DNA of 64,000 nucleotides. Origin: Rhynchopus sp. YZ270_cl-10. Taxonomy: Eukaryota. The notes beneath the pieces were generated by a model. The model was not told where the DNA came from. It searched no databases and saw only the letters and a program-made list of their open reading frames with translations. Below, piece after piece: positions 35,842 to 47,253 of this stretch. The stretch lies in NCBI GenBank assembly GCA_964035575.1, contig OZ037838.1, forward strand, positions 1,922,001-1,986,000, in the 5' to 3' direction. Each line of letters begins with the position of its first letter. Position 1 is the stretch's first letter. The position numbers and the translations under genes were made by a program.

Positions 35842-36207
35842 TCATCATTGCTGTTTATTTTTTTTTGTTTACACGTACACCTACACAGCACAGTGTTGCG
35901 CACCTCGTACCTTCCAAGTTGCATTGTTGTGCGTGCATTCCTTTGAGTAATTTTTTTTAACCTAAAATCTTCTACATTGGTTAGTACAAACTACACAGAA
36001 AAAGCAAAAAAAAAAAAGCCACATCCACTTCACCTTGCCGCAAACCCCCATACCCCTTCCTCTGACTGGCTATTGATTAGTTTGTGTACAAATCTTTTTG
36101 GAAGAAGTTTTTTGTGGTGAAACATTGAACAAGCCAGGTGCGCAGTTTTTCAACATAAAACACCCCAAACCTCCCACAACACACAGGCGTCACCTGTATA
36201 CTGTGCA

Positions 36208-37959
36208 ATGCGCTGTCTCGACAGTGCGCTGTCTCTTGACGGAACGCTAGACGCGCCAGACATCCGCATCCGGAAGCTCTTTCTAAGTCTTAATGTAGCT
36301 GTCTTCGTGGGGGCGCTGCTGGTGGCATCAGCGCAGCTGGCGAGCTTGCGCATGAAGTACCTATACTGGGTGGCTGTGTTCGTGCTTGTGTCGTCCACGC
36401 TGTCTGCAGTGCTCATGATTCTGTGCAAATGCAAGCTGACCACGAACCGCATTCTGGTGCTCTGCTGCGTGTACGGCGTGACGCTGTTGTCCATCGATTT
36501 GAGTGCGCGCAGTGAGTACACTCACCGCTGGCCGGTGATGGTGCTGATGGTGGACTTTCTCCTCGTCATGCAGGTACCCACACGGTACAGCACAGCTGTC
36601 GTGGTGTGCACGCTGGTGTATCTTGCCGTCACCGCTGCTGAAGAAGTCTTCAGGTTTGGTCTGCTGGACATGCCAGGGCTTGTCTCCCAGGCGGACCGTC
36701 GTGAGTACGTAGACAGCTTGGGTGACTGCGCTGCCCTGCCTTGCAAGCAGAAGAAAGCGTTGTCCAACTTTGCGCTTGCGGCGTCTGTGTTTGTTGTCGA
36801 CTTCATAGCAACGCAAGGCTTTGCACGTGGTCTCCTCAAGGAGCAGGCACAAATGCAACGCACAGTCGCGACAGTGCAGGTCATCGCGTCACTCCTAGCT
36901 GGCTACGACGTGGAGCAGGTGGCCGAGCTGCTAGAGGAGCACAGCAGTGAGCTGCCCGAGGGGGTGACGGTGGCACTGCGGCAGCTGGAGCAGAACCTGC
37001 GTAAGTACAAAGCGTACCTCCCGAAGACGTGTCTGCCGTTTGGTGAAGACATAGAGCGATACTCCAGCAGCTCCGAGAGCTCAGCACCGTCTGTGCCAGC
37101 ATCGAGCAGGTCTGTCGTGAGTCGCCTGTTGTGCGACGCTTGTATACAGCCGTTAGGCCTGTCGGCGGTGAAGGCAACACTTCTGACGGTGAACATCAAA
37201 GACACCCTGCGCCACCTGGAGGAGGACAGTGCACGCTTCTCGCAGCTCTTTACAACTATTCTTCTGAGGATCCTGAAGGCAACGGAAAGCAGATGTGGGA
37301 TGGTGGACGTCTTCGTCGGGGACAGGATCCACTGCTCGTTCAACGCTTCGAAGCAGTGTGCGTCGCACGCAACCTCAGCACTGCACGCCGCCAGGCTCCT
37401 GACCCAGAACGGCACACAGGCGGGCACATACGACATGGAAAATATGAACCTTGGTGTTGCGACTGGTAAGGTGCTGCGCGGTGACATGGGCTGCGAGGTG
37501 ATGCGCCGCTTCAGCATGGTGGGCACACTTGTGCGTGACGTGTACGGGATAGAACGTTCTGGCCGTGTCTTGGGGTGCGACGTGCTCTGCAACCGTCTTT
37601 GCTTCAGCGACGCTCAGTGCGAACACGACCTGCGTCTGCTTCCGTGCAAGGTGGAGGTTGCTCCAGACTGCGAACCTGAGGTTGTGGCTGAGTTGGTGTC
37701 AAGGGAGGATGACACTGTCTGTGCAGCACAGGAGTGGATGTACAAGATAGGACGTAAGAAGCATTGGGAGGAGTACAACACAGTGGTGCGTGGGTACCTG
37801 CGTGGTGAGAGATGCTACAAGGACGTTGCGAAGGCGTGGGAAGAGGCGGGTGGAGGGGGAGGGGGCACACCAGCACATGCAGTTCCTTACGGAACGCGTA
37901 GTGTTGTGCGTTCCTATCTTCGGTGGTTTATTGATTGTGAGCCTCCCGTGCGGCGTTGA
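36208..37959 (+). CDS. Multi-pass membrane protein with class III nucleotidyl (adenylate/guanylate) cyclase-like domain
   Basis: About 6 hydrophobic helices, then TLLTVNIK, VDVFVGDRIHCSFNA, LGVATGKVLRGDMG and FSMVG motifs. Confidence 0.8.
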   Translation: MRCLDSALSLDGTLDAPDIRIRKLFLSLNVAVFVGALLVASAQLASLRMKYLYWVAVFVLVSSTLSAVLMILCKCKLTTNRILVLCCVYGVTLLSIDLSARSEYTHRWPVMVLMVDFLLVMQVPTRYSTAVVVCTLVYLAVTAAEEVFRFGLLDMPGLVSQADRREYVDSLGDCAALPCKQKKALSNFALAASVFVVDFIATQGFARGLLKEQAQMQRTVATVQVIASLLAGYDVEQVAELLEEHSSELPEGVTVALRQLEQNLRKYKAYLPKTCLPFGEDIERYSSSSESSAPSVPASSRSVVSRLLCDACIQPLGLSAVKATLLTVNIKDTLRHLEEDSARFSQLFTTILLRILKATESRCGMVDVFVGDRIHCSFNASKQCASHATSALHAARLLTQNGTQAGTYDMENMNLGVATGKVLRGDMGCEVMRRFSMVGTLVRDVYGIERSGRVLGCDVLCNRLCFSDAQCEHDLRLLPCKVEVAPDCEPEVVAELVSREDDTVCAAQEWMYKIGRKKHWEEYNTVVRGYLRGERCYKDVAKAWEEAGGGGGGTPAHAVPYGTRSVVRSYLRWFIDCEPPVRR

Positions 37960-38123
37960 CTTACGTCTGCTGCAGAGGTTTGCGATCAGTCATTTACTTT
38001 CAGTAACTAACACAGGGAGACAATCACCATTCTTGATAAAATTGACAGCAAATACACACCATAAAAAACAACCCACACTTAATCTCCTCCCAACAGAGCT
38101 GGAACAAGAAGAAGACAAAAAAA

Positions 38124-39245
38124 ATGGATGTGACCTTTGTGCTGGAAGAGTCAGGCGTGACTGCGACAGTGGAGGTGCCGTGTGAGGCGGACGCTGCAGC
38201 GGCAAAGGAGGTTGCGTGCACGGCGCTTGCTGTCTCGCCTGCGTCTGTCGAGATGCGCATCGGCACGCAGGTGCTGGAGGGGACGTGCCGTCTGCAGGAC
38301 ACTGCGTTTGATGCAGGGGTGCAGGTTGTGCTTGCCCGCCCTCGCTTGGCCGACATCAAGTGTCCTGCTGAGTATAGTGAGGATGCAGAAAACTTGTCAC
38401 TGTCGCGTTGTGGAACACTTTGCGTATTTTCGAGCGAAATGTCTGGGCATGTTGGTGGCTTCGACACAGAAACCCTCGATGCTGTCTTCTCGTTTGAACT
38501 GGACAGTGAAGTACGCGGTCCGCCTGCGATCTCGCAGTGCAAGACACGCTGCTTCCTGGCGTGTTGGGATGACTTACGCATGGTTGCGCTTCCGGGTGGG
38601 GAGGTTCTCCGCAAAGTCGACGGCCTCTCGTACGCAGTTTTTGCGTGTGGCAGTGTTGTCGTCTCCCAAGGCACAGACGGCGTCTTTGTGTATGACGAAG
38701 ACCTGACGTTGCTCCGCTCTCTCTCGAACGAGGAGTGTATGAATATGGCCCTGTCGGAATGTGGTGGGTGGGCGATGATCTCTTCTGAAGAAGAGGCACG
38801 TCTGTGGGATGTGAACACAGGTGAAGCTGTGGCATGTGTGCCTGCAGAGGGGTGCGATGGGGTGGCGCTTTCACGGTGTGCTTCTGTCTTTGCTGTGGGG
38901 GGTTTGAACACTGTGAAACTCTATGATTGGAGTGGTGTGGCTCTTCGCAGTGTTGATGTGGATGGGGCTGTAGAGTGCATGCAGTTCACCCCATGTGGGA
39001 AGTACCTTGTGGTCAAGGTGGATGTTCAGGCATGCACAGATGGTACAGATGGTGACGAAGAATATGATGAGTACGATGTACAGCTGCACCAGTATGATGT
39101 GGCGACTATGTCCTGTGTGGGTGTGATCCCGCAAGCCCATTATGGGTACTTTGCGGTATCACCGTGTTCACGTGTCGTTGTGTTCGGGTGTGATACATCA
39201 GGCGCCATTGTAACAAGGCATCTGTACCCATACACTTGTGAGTGA
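38124..39245 (+). CDS. Ubl + WD40-like propeller protein, intact (divergent subtype)
   Basis: Near-identical Ubl and a divergent propeller ending RHLYPYTCE. Confidence 0.8.
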   Translation: MDVTFVLEESGVTATVEVPCEADAAAAKEVACTALAVSPASVEMRIGTQVLEGTCRLQDTAFDAGVQVVLARPRLADIKCPAEYSEDAENLSLSRCGTLCVFSSEMSGHVGGFDTETLDAVFSFELDSEVRGPPAISQCKTRCFLACWDDLRMVALPGGEVLRKVDGLSYAVFACGSVVVSQGTDGVFVYDEDLTLLRSLSNEECMNMALSECGGWAMISSEEEARLWDVNTGEAVACVPAEGCDGVALSRCASVFAVGGLNTVKLYDWSGVALRSVDVDGAVECMQFTPCGKYLVVKVDVQACTDGTDGDEEYDEYDVQLHQYDVATMSCVGVIPQAHYGYFAVSPCSRVVVFGCDTSGAIVTRHLYPYTCE

Positions 39246-39482
39246 TGTTTCGCGAGGGGTGGGAGGGTGGTGACTGTATTCTGACAGAAGGGGACAGTGC
39301 ATGTGTCTGCAGAGGGTACCATCAATTGCATAGGCCGCACCGTCAATCTAGCTCAAGCGGACGGCTTTTCAAACATAACACACAAAGACTTTGTTGTTGT
39401 ATTTTCCCTCCAATATTTATAGTTGACTCGTTGTTTTGTGTGTATGAGAGCACCTAATGGGGTGGTAACAACAAGCTTATTT

Positions 39483-39817
39483 TGAACGACATAATACAAA
39501 TCATAAATATGCTCGCGTTTTCTTTTATCGAACATATTGTATTCTCCGCACCGTACCCAAAACGTACACTGCACATACAGGAGAAAAATAGCACTCTCTT
39601 TTTTCCACGCGCTTGTTTTGTGTTTGCTAACTTTTATCAAAAGAAGCTGTCCTAGGGTTCTTTCCCTAGTTTCGACTGCGAAACGTTTCCCCATGTATTG
39701 CACCGGAAGCAAATGACGAACTGGTGCAGGGTGGCTCCGTGCCTATCGTAGAACCTGGCACCTTGTGTGTCTCCCAAAAGCCAAAATCGTTACGTGTGAC
39801 GTTTTGAAGGAAGGAAG
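39483..39817 (+). mobile_element. Diverged short A+B derivative of the YR retrotransposon
   Basis: A-like segment (ttttatcgaac..attctccgcaccgtacccaaaacgta), then B-like segment (tccctagtttcgactgcgaaacgtttccccatg...ttttgaaggaaggaa). Absent from the paralogous spacer at ~57600-57720. Confidence 0.82.
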
Positions 39818-39823
39818 CGTATA

Positions 39824-39927
39824 TACCGCGATTGGAAATATTATGGACCGAATTAAGTACCAAATGTCCCGAAAAAACCTTAAACGTACCATAATTAATT
39901 CGGTCCATAATATTTCCAAACGCGGTA
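39824..39927. mobile_element. Tiny Tc1/mariner/pogo-like MITE (~104 bp) flanked by TA
   Basis: ~33-bp inverted repeat taccgcg(a/t)ttggaaatattatggaccgaattaa, with TA on both sides. Confidence 0.7.
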
Positions 39928-40202
39928 TAGCATAATGCCTTCCCCCATAAAATCTCAGAGAAAAACACTTGTTTTAAACGGAAGCACAAACCTGCCGATG
40001 AGCGGTTGTGTACCTTCCCCTTTCATACCACAGTGCGGGCAAGCTATTAGTTTTATTTGTCACGTCTGTGTTGCCCCAGGGTATCTTCAAATTGCTTGCT
40101 TGTCAGAGGTTGCTGAAACACGTATTTAACCCACCAACCTTCTTATTTGTCATTGCGAAGTGACACCATCAACATCACATCAAACACAACAGACCCAACA
40201 AT

Positions 40203-41324
40203 ATGATGGATGTGACCTTTGTTCTGGAAGTGTCAGGCGTGACTGCGACAGTGGAGGTGCCGTGCGAGGCGGACGTTGCAGCGGCAAAGGAGGTTGCGTG
40301 CACGGCGCTTGCTGTCTCGCCTGCGTCTGTCGAGATGCGCATCGGCACGCAGGTGCTGGAGGGGACGTGCCGTCTGCAGGACACTGCGTTTGATGCAGGG
40401 GTGCAGGTTGTGCTTGCCCGCCCTCGCTTTGCCGACATCAAGTGTCCTGCTGAGTACAGAGTAGAGGTGCCGTCTGCAACGCAGTGGATACAGCATTTAG
40501 CGCTGTCTCCTTGTGGAGCACTCTGCCTCTATAAACAGGGGGATGGCTCCGTCACCGGCCTCGATACAGAAACCTTCAGCCCTGCCTTCAGGTTCAAAGT
40601 TGACGGGCTGTGCAGTGCACTTGCCATCTCACGGTGCAAGACACGCTGCTACGTGTCGTGCTATGAAGGTCTGTACGTGGTTGCGCTTCCGGGTGGGGAG
40701 GTGATCCGCAAAGTCGACGGCCCCTCGCTCCAAGTGTTCGCGTGTGGCGGTGTTGTTGTCTCCCATGTCCGAGATGGCGTCTCTGTGTATGACGAAGACC
40801 TGACGTTGCTCCGTTCTCTCTCACATGAGGGGTGCAGGAACATGGCAGTGTCGGACTGTGGTGAGTGGGTGATCACCTCCTCCGGCAGTGAGAACAACGC
40901 ACGTCTGTGGGATCTGAACACAGGTGAAGCTGTGGCATGTGTGCCTGCGTATGGGAGTAATCACGTGGCGCTTTCACGGTCTGCCTCTGTCGTTGCTGTG
41001 GACTCAGTGGAGTGTAACACTGATGTGGTGAACCTCTATGACTGGAGTGGTGCGGCTCTTGGCAGCGTTGAAATTGAGCGGTCTTCTTGCCTCCGTGGCG
41101 TGCAGTTCACTCCATGTGGGAAGTACGTCGTTGTTGGGTTTGGTAATGGTGAAGCCACAGAGTTTACTCTGCACCAGTATGATGTGGCGACCATGTCGTG
41201 TGTGCGTGTGATACAGGACGCCAAAAGACGGTTTGCGATATCTCCGTGTTCACGTGTGGTTGTGTTCGGAGGAGGTAACGCAGGAAGTATCGTCATTGTT
41301 ACGCAACATCTGTACCCCTACTGA
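40203..41324 (+). CDS. Ubl + WD40-like propeller protein, intact
   Basis: Full-length paralog, 373 aa. Confidence 0.8.
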   Translation: MMDVTFVLEVSGVTATVEVPCEADVAAAKEVACTALAVSPASVEMRIGTQVLEGTCRLQDTAFDAGVQVVLARPRFADIKCPAEYRVEVPSATQWIQHLALSPCGALCLYKQGDGSVTGLDTETFSPAFRFKVDGLCSALAISRCKTRCYVSCYEGLYVVALPGGEVIRKVDGPSLQVFACGGVVVSHVRDGVSVYDEDLTLLRSLSHEGCRNMAVSDCGEWVITSSGSENNARLWDLNTGEAVACVPAYGSNHVALSRSASVVAVDSVECNTDVVNLYDWSGAALGSVEIERSSCLRGVQFTPCGKYVVVGFGNGEATEFTLHQYDVATMSCVRVIQDAKRRFAISPCSRVVVFGGGNAGSIVIVTQHLYPY

Positions 41325-43050
41325 GCGATGCAGTCCACCCTGTGTGGGAAGTACCTCCTCGCTGTCGCTGAGTACTGCGGTGTGTTGCTATCGTGCGTTG
41401 CATCAGTATTTGCGTTGCACCCTCGACCTACTAGCCTGCGAGGGAAGACATTTTGAGATATTTGCACGACAACTACCACACTACCCTTTAACTTTCTTAT
41501 TCACTTTTCCTTTTTTGAAACACTCTTCTGTTGGTTCAAACTACAGACACAACGAAAATGTCAACATAATTTCAATTCCATACGCAAACCTTGCAAACAG
41601 TTTATGTATTTGCTGGTGGGGAGGGCCCAAACGACAGAAGTGAACTTCTTCTCTATTTTTTTACTTCCTACATGTGGTAGGCTTGGGATCATCTTTTTTA
41701 ATCATTTTTTCTTATATTAACGCACCTTTCGCTGCTTGAAGTCGCTCTGTTCTGTCTTAAGTTTACACACAGTGACGACTATACTTTGCTGTCGTTCACA
41801 AGCCCTTATTACTTGCACCCGTGACCCTCGGGCGCATTGTTGCCTACTAACTTACACAGTACACGTTGCAACTGTTCCTATCTTTTCTTGGACGCAGTCT
41901 GCAACACTTAAGACACACAGATGCAGTCTGATTAACGCAAAGGTTGAGATAGTTTAGTGCCTTACGTCACCCCGCAGCTTTGTCTTACTGTCGTGGCTAT
42001 TGAGACGTCTTTTCCAAGGCACGTAGTACAGGCAAAAGGTGCTTACCTCCGGTATCAGCCCATGATAGCTGGCTGGCCATTCGGGGACGAGAAGAAGTAG
42101 CTACCGTTTTTTAGTGCGGTCGGATTGCACACTGGTTCACTGTGTGTTGCTCTATATTACACATTAACGCCCAGTGTGCACTCAGTTGGCTCACTGTTGC
42201 ACATTACATTACACCATTAAGCCAATTCTTTACTGGCAAATAACCGCTGCTTTACAGCATCATTACAAGTAAACGACGCACATTAAACACTGTGGTAAAT
42301 ATTATTCCTATTTGTGGTACTTCGACCCTTATGACGTGCGTCGCAACGTGGCGTCTGCAGTGGGGTTGCGCGAATTCAGCTTTTGCATGAGGTTCAGAGA
42401 TGAGGTAATGTATGGAACTGACGTGAGGAAGCTGAGTGCTGGGGACACCATTGTGCTGACGAAGAATAGTGAGAAGGACGAGGCCATGGAAGCACTTCAT
42501 GCATTGGGTGAGAAGGACCTGACGGAGGCGAGGTTGGCAAATGGGGTTTTACCGAGCGCCTCCACGAGGTGACCCCGGGCAACGCAGTGGACTGCGGCAA
42601 AGACTCGGAACAAGAAGAAGAAGAACATCTGGAATGCCCATGGAATATGAGGACCGCTAGCTTCGACGACATGGTAATTTTTACGTGCAAGCCGAAGCCG
42701 GAACCCGAGACCTAGCAGGGGGGGCGTGTGATCACTCAGCAGACAAACTACAACATCAGAAACGATGCCCATGGAATATGAGGCAATTCTTAGTATTTTT
42801 ACCTTTTTCGTGTATTTCGATCTTGGTCAACGACATTCTTGTTTTTAAATCATTGTTTTTCAGTTACTTTAGCGACGCGTAAGCCCAAATGGCTCTGTTG
42901 CTGTTCATTGCTTTTCTTTTTCTTGATAGTATCATAGTATCATACAAGATTTTTTATTTTATTTTAAGTTGGTTCAGCGTCGCGTCAGCCCATTGGCGCT
43001 GTCGCTGAACCCAAAAATTTTCCTTTTCTTTTTTCGGTTTTTGGCCCGTG

Positions 43051-45890
43051 CACGGTCCACATCAGCCTCTGAGGCTGATGTGGAAAAGTGGGTGTGGAAA
43101 AGTGGGTGTGGGCTGATGTGACCACACCAGCCGGCTGGTGTGGCACACCAGCCGGCTGATGTGCCACAGCAGCCCAGTGGGTGTGACACAGGTACTTTAG
43201 GTGGGTCAGGTACCCAGGTACCCAGGTACCCAGGTACCCAGGTACCCAGGTACCCAGGTACCCAGGTACCCAGGTACCCAGGTACCCAGGTACCCAGGTA
43301 CCCAGGTACCCAGGTACCCAGGTACCCAGGTACCCAGGTACCCAGGTACCCAGGTACCCAGGTACCCAGGTACCCAGGTACCCAGGTACCCAGGTACCCA
43401 GGTACCCAGGTACCCAGGTACCCAGGTACCCAGGTACCCAGGTACCCAGGTACCCAGGTACCCAGGTACCCAGGTCCAGGTCCAGGAACAGGTACCCAGG
43501 AACAGGAAAAAAGTCGTGAAAGAGCAACCACAGCTCCACATGACAAACACAAAAGTGTCCAGTCACGTGGGGCATTCATGCACTGAGGAGATAATGTTCC
43601 AACAATTTACAAGAAAGATTACTTAACCTACTGCTGGAAATTGCCAGGTCGTAGTAACACACAAAGTGTGCCTCCGTTCGGGAAGACCGGATATTCTAGA
43701 GACCAAAAAGGCCTCAAGAATATCTTCCGGTAGTCAAGGTATAACCGAGTGAACGGCCCAAGACCCCCGTGGAGAAGTTAAATGTTGTAATGCTATCAAG
43801 TAGAAACTGCGACCACTGTCTTACCCTCCTCAATGCATGGTGGTTGATGTCTTCCACAACAAATTTCCTGTACCCAGGTACCCATATTCCCAGACCCACG
43901 CAGTACCACGTCGCAGTACTACGCAAAATTTACCACCAGACCCTGTCTTCGTGCACCTTAAGTACAACGCCGCAGACAGGCCAAACATGCGTTGGACTCA
44001 GAGGAATGCCCGCTGTGCAGGTATCATGAGAACCAACTCCCAGCAACAAGGGGCGCCTTTTGGGTGCAAAGTTTTCCACAATTTTGATGCGCGGGTACAG
44101 AAGTGTTGTCTTGTTCTTTCATCTCTAGGAATGTAAATGTCAATCGCGTTTAACTACCACTAGGGCTTGTTCAGTGAACCCACGAGGGGTCGAAGGGGGT
44201 TGGTTATCCCATATCTATCAAAGGTTGTGTCGACCAGGCGAATCCACTATGTTACGCTGTACGTTGTTAAATCCGAAGAAATAACGCTTTAGCAGCCGCA
44301 GGAAGTTTGTTAAAAAGAGTGCCTCACGCTACACAAACCACCACCCGCGATTGACTTAGATGTTATAACAAAGAGAATTCAGAACAAAACAACACCCTGC
44401 CCCATACACACTAAATTGTCATGCTTCAAGAGCATGCCTGGGCCAAAATTACTGTTGACAAAAAAGGCAACAAGACCACCCACAAGGAGTGTGAATTGTG
44501 CACTGGTTTTCTGGGGGAACGCAATATTTTCTTGTGTCTAGTCCTCCGCAATCAGAGGACAGACTTTCCGGAAGGTTTCCAAAGTCGAATTTCTTGCACT
44601 AGCTATGCTCCCTGGGTTAAATGGCTATAGCAGTGACTGACTTGACTTCAAGAAAATTGTTACCCTGAATTTGAGGGTGTAGGAAGACAGGGATGCAAAA
44701 AGTAGTGCAAAACCCTACCCATATGTTTAGTGAAAGTTGTATTTTCTGTGGGGGAGATGAGACCATACCTTGTCTTCACATTCACCATTTGCGTCTTCGT
44801 CATCAGCTACGACGTGTTTATTTCGGTTATTTGTGAAATAAATGGGTATTCTATGATGTCAGGGATTACGCAGCTCCCCCACAAATAAAAAAAGTACGTG
44901 TGGATTTTCAACACGTACAATTCTAAGCAAAAACAGTTAAAACCCGCGGGCGCTTCGCGCGCGCTCTCCCTGGCAAAGTAGGTTGAGAAGGGGTGTGAAA
45001 GTTCGAAGAACGGGAGAAATCATCAGTCATGGCCCCCAAATGTTCCTGGCGAAACCACGGTACGCAACATTTCTTAAAAATCTTGACCTAAATGGCACTT
45101 TCATCCTACAAATAGAATTCTGTAGGGGGTAGGTGAGAGGTGGGGGCGGAGCCCCACCCCTCACCTACCCCACCCCAGCCCCAATCCAAAACCCAAATTA
45201 CCTACGTATGGACACGTATGGATACGTATGGATTCTACCTTTTCAAAAACAATTCACGTATGGATTTCCATACGTTCCACACGCGGAGCGTAATCCCTGA
45301 TGTACGTCACACGCTGCGCTCGTGAGATGACATTAATTACGAATTCGTGTTGGCAACCAAAACTCGTGAAATAGTTAAGTTAGTGTCCAAGTGAAATAAT
45401 GTGCTACCTGTTTCTTCAATACACGTCCTCGAACTTGCGCGGAGGTACATATTCGACAACACCTGTGAGTCTAGTACGTTTTATGCATGACAGGTAGAAC
45501 CCAAAATATCTGATATTTTCCTTGGATTTTTTGGCATAGATGATGACCTCACAGCCCGATTTTGGCCAAAAAATGATTAAAAAAAATCGGTCAAAAATCG
45601 AGTACTCTTCGGTAAAAATCAAAAAAAAATCGGGTGCGCAAAACCGCGTTTTAGACCCCCACAGATGCTCAAAAGTGCCAAATTTTGCTTTTAATGGCCT
45701 CAAATCGTCGAAATTAGCCCAAAAGGGGGGCAAAAAAATTTTTTCGAGAGTCCCTTTCCCTGTGCCACATCAGCCGGCTGGTGTGGTCACATCAGCCGGC
45801 TGGTGTGCCACATCAGCCGGCTGATGTGGTCACACCAACCCATTTTCACACCCACTTTCACATCAGCCACAGAGGCTGATGTGGACCGTG
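43051..45890. mobile_element. CAC...GTG TIR DNA transposon (2840 bp), 2-bp TG TSD, CMC/CACTA-like, non-autonomous
   Basis: Long imperfect TIR cacggtccacatcagcctctgnggctgatgtg with subterminal palindromes cacaycagccggctgrtgtg at both ends. Confidence 0.85.
43207..43475. repeat. Perfect 8-bp minisatellite (caggtacc)n, about 33 copies
   Basis: Uninterrupted ggtaccca repeats inside the TIR element. Confidence 0.97.
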
Positions 45891-47253
45891 TGAGACCCAG
45901 TGTTACTGCAATACTGGGTTCGCGAGCCTGAATTCGCGAGGCTGAAGCCAGGGGTGGCTGCAATTCCTCTTCGGATCGGGGTGCTCCATCCTATTTTTTT
46001 TTAAAACGTTTATGGAGGCGAGGCTGGCAAATGTGGGGGATCCTCAAGTGGCGTGTTTGCTTCTGCAGGCAGAGGTTGCGCGTGTTACTCCGGACAATTT
46101 CATGTCAGGACAGCAGTTCAAGCGGCAGCTTGGTATAACAAACGTATCTGTTGTGAGCCGCCGTTCGTACCGCCCGGGTTGACAAATGTCACCCATGTCG
46201 GTGCAGCATTTCTCTGGTTATTGGACTCGCACCCTGAAATTGTACATACTGGAGTTCTGCGCAGCAGCAGCGATGCGGTGAGAGAGAATACCCCATATTG
46301 TGGTCCTAATTTTCCGATCACGGTCCCTCTTGTGTAAGTTGCCACAGTCACCCTCCCTCAGTCTCCCTATGAAATTTAGCAACAGCAATGGACCGTGCAC
46401 AGCTATTTTTCACCCGCAATGTGTTAATCTTAGTTTCCCACCCCACCCCCACCCCTAGTTCATACGCAAGGGCATCTCCTTGCCATGCACCGCTTAGTGG
46501 TGTCCTTACGTCACTTTTGACCCTACATTCTTCTATTCTTGTTTTCCCCATCCCCCACCCCGTTTCCTTGCTGTGCTTGCACTACCCACCCCCCTTAAAA
46601 GTAAGTAATAATAACCTACACAGACTGGAGCTGTTTAGCCGAATGAGGGTTCGAGAAGTTGGAGAACGTTGACCAATTTCCTGCTTCCGCACCTGTGGTG
46701 TGTGGCCTGTAAGTTCTTTGTGCATGAAAGTCCTGAAGTACAGATGTTGATGTGTGAGAAGGTGGTGAATGAAGTAATAAGTAGTCAGGAGCTCTTCAAA
46801 CGTAGTAAGATCTCAGGGCGAGACACAACACACCTCTGGGATTTGGAAACCATTTTTTCCACACTCCACACCCTCCCCGGTCCCACCCTTTACACATTTC
46901 GCCCCTTTGCAGAAAAGGAGCTTTTATGCACCTTATCCTTTGTGTCTACACTCATACAACCATGTTTTCAGAGAGAAGCAAAATAATCAAGTTAAAATGA
47001 AGCACAACAAAACACGAAACCACACACCTTTGTTTCCCCTCTGTACCACCCCGCTCTCCTCTTTTGCAAGAACGCTCCTTCGCTAATGACGCGATCTTCT
47101 TTGCTGGACAACAGCTCTCTGCGTACGACACTCTATGTCGTTCTTGGAGACTCACTTCTACGAAACACGTATTTAACCCACCAACCTTCTAATTTGTCAT
47201 TGCGAAGTGACACCACCAACCATCACATCAAACACAACAGACCCCTGAACAAT

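Larger units (their letters stand above)
30182..36110 (+). repeat. Tandem triplication of the LRR gene 3' end and downstream DNA, each unit interrupted by different insertions
   Basis: Block gtgctaattttctt...gttgttcatcatt at ~30185-30550, 32130-32495 and 33280-33642. Continuation blocks at 31590-32125 and 35842-36105. Confidence 0.85.
42544..46013. mobile_element. Unclassified insertion with ~20-bp flanking duplication (about 0.63 kb after removing the nested element)
   Basis: 20-bp direct repeat at 42524-42543 and 46014-46033 (1 mismatch). Hairpin-rich, with a T-run near the right end. Confidence 0.6.
42332..46310 (+). pseudogene. Decayed Ubl-LRR copy split by nested insertions
   Basis: Homology at 42332-42543 resumes at 46014, with ggaggcgagg(t/c)tggcaaatg duplicated at both borders. 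Confidence 0.75.

Noticed and set aside
42974..43626. ORFs with GTQVPRYP / GYLGTWVP repeats
   Set aside because: Artefacts of a stop-free 8-bp minisatellite.
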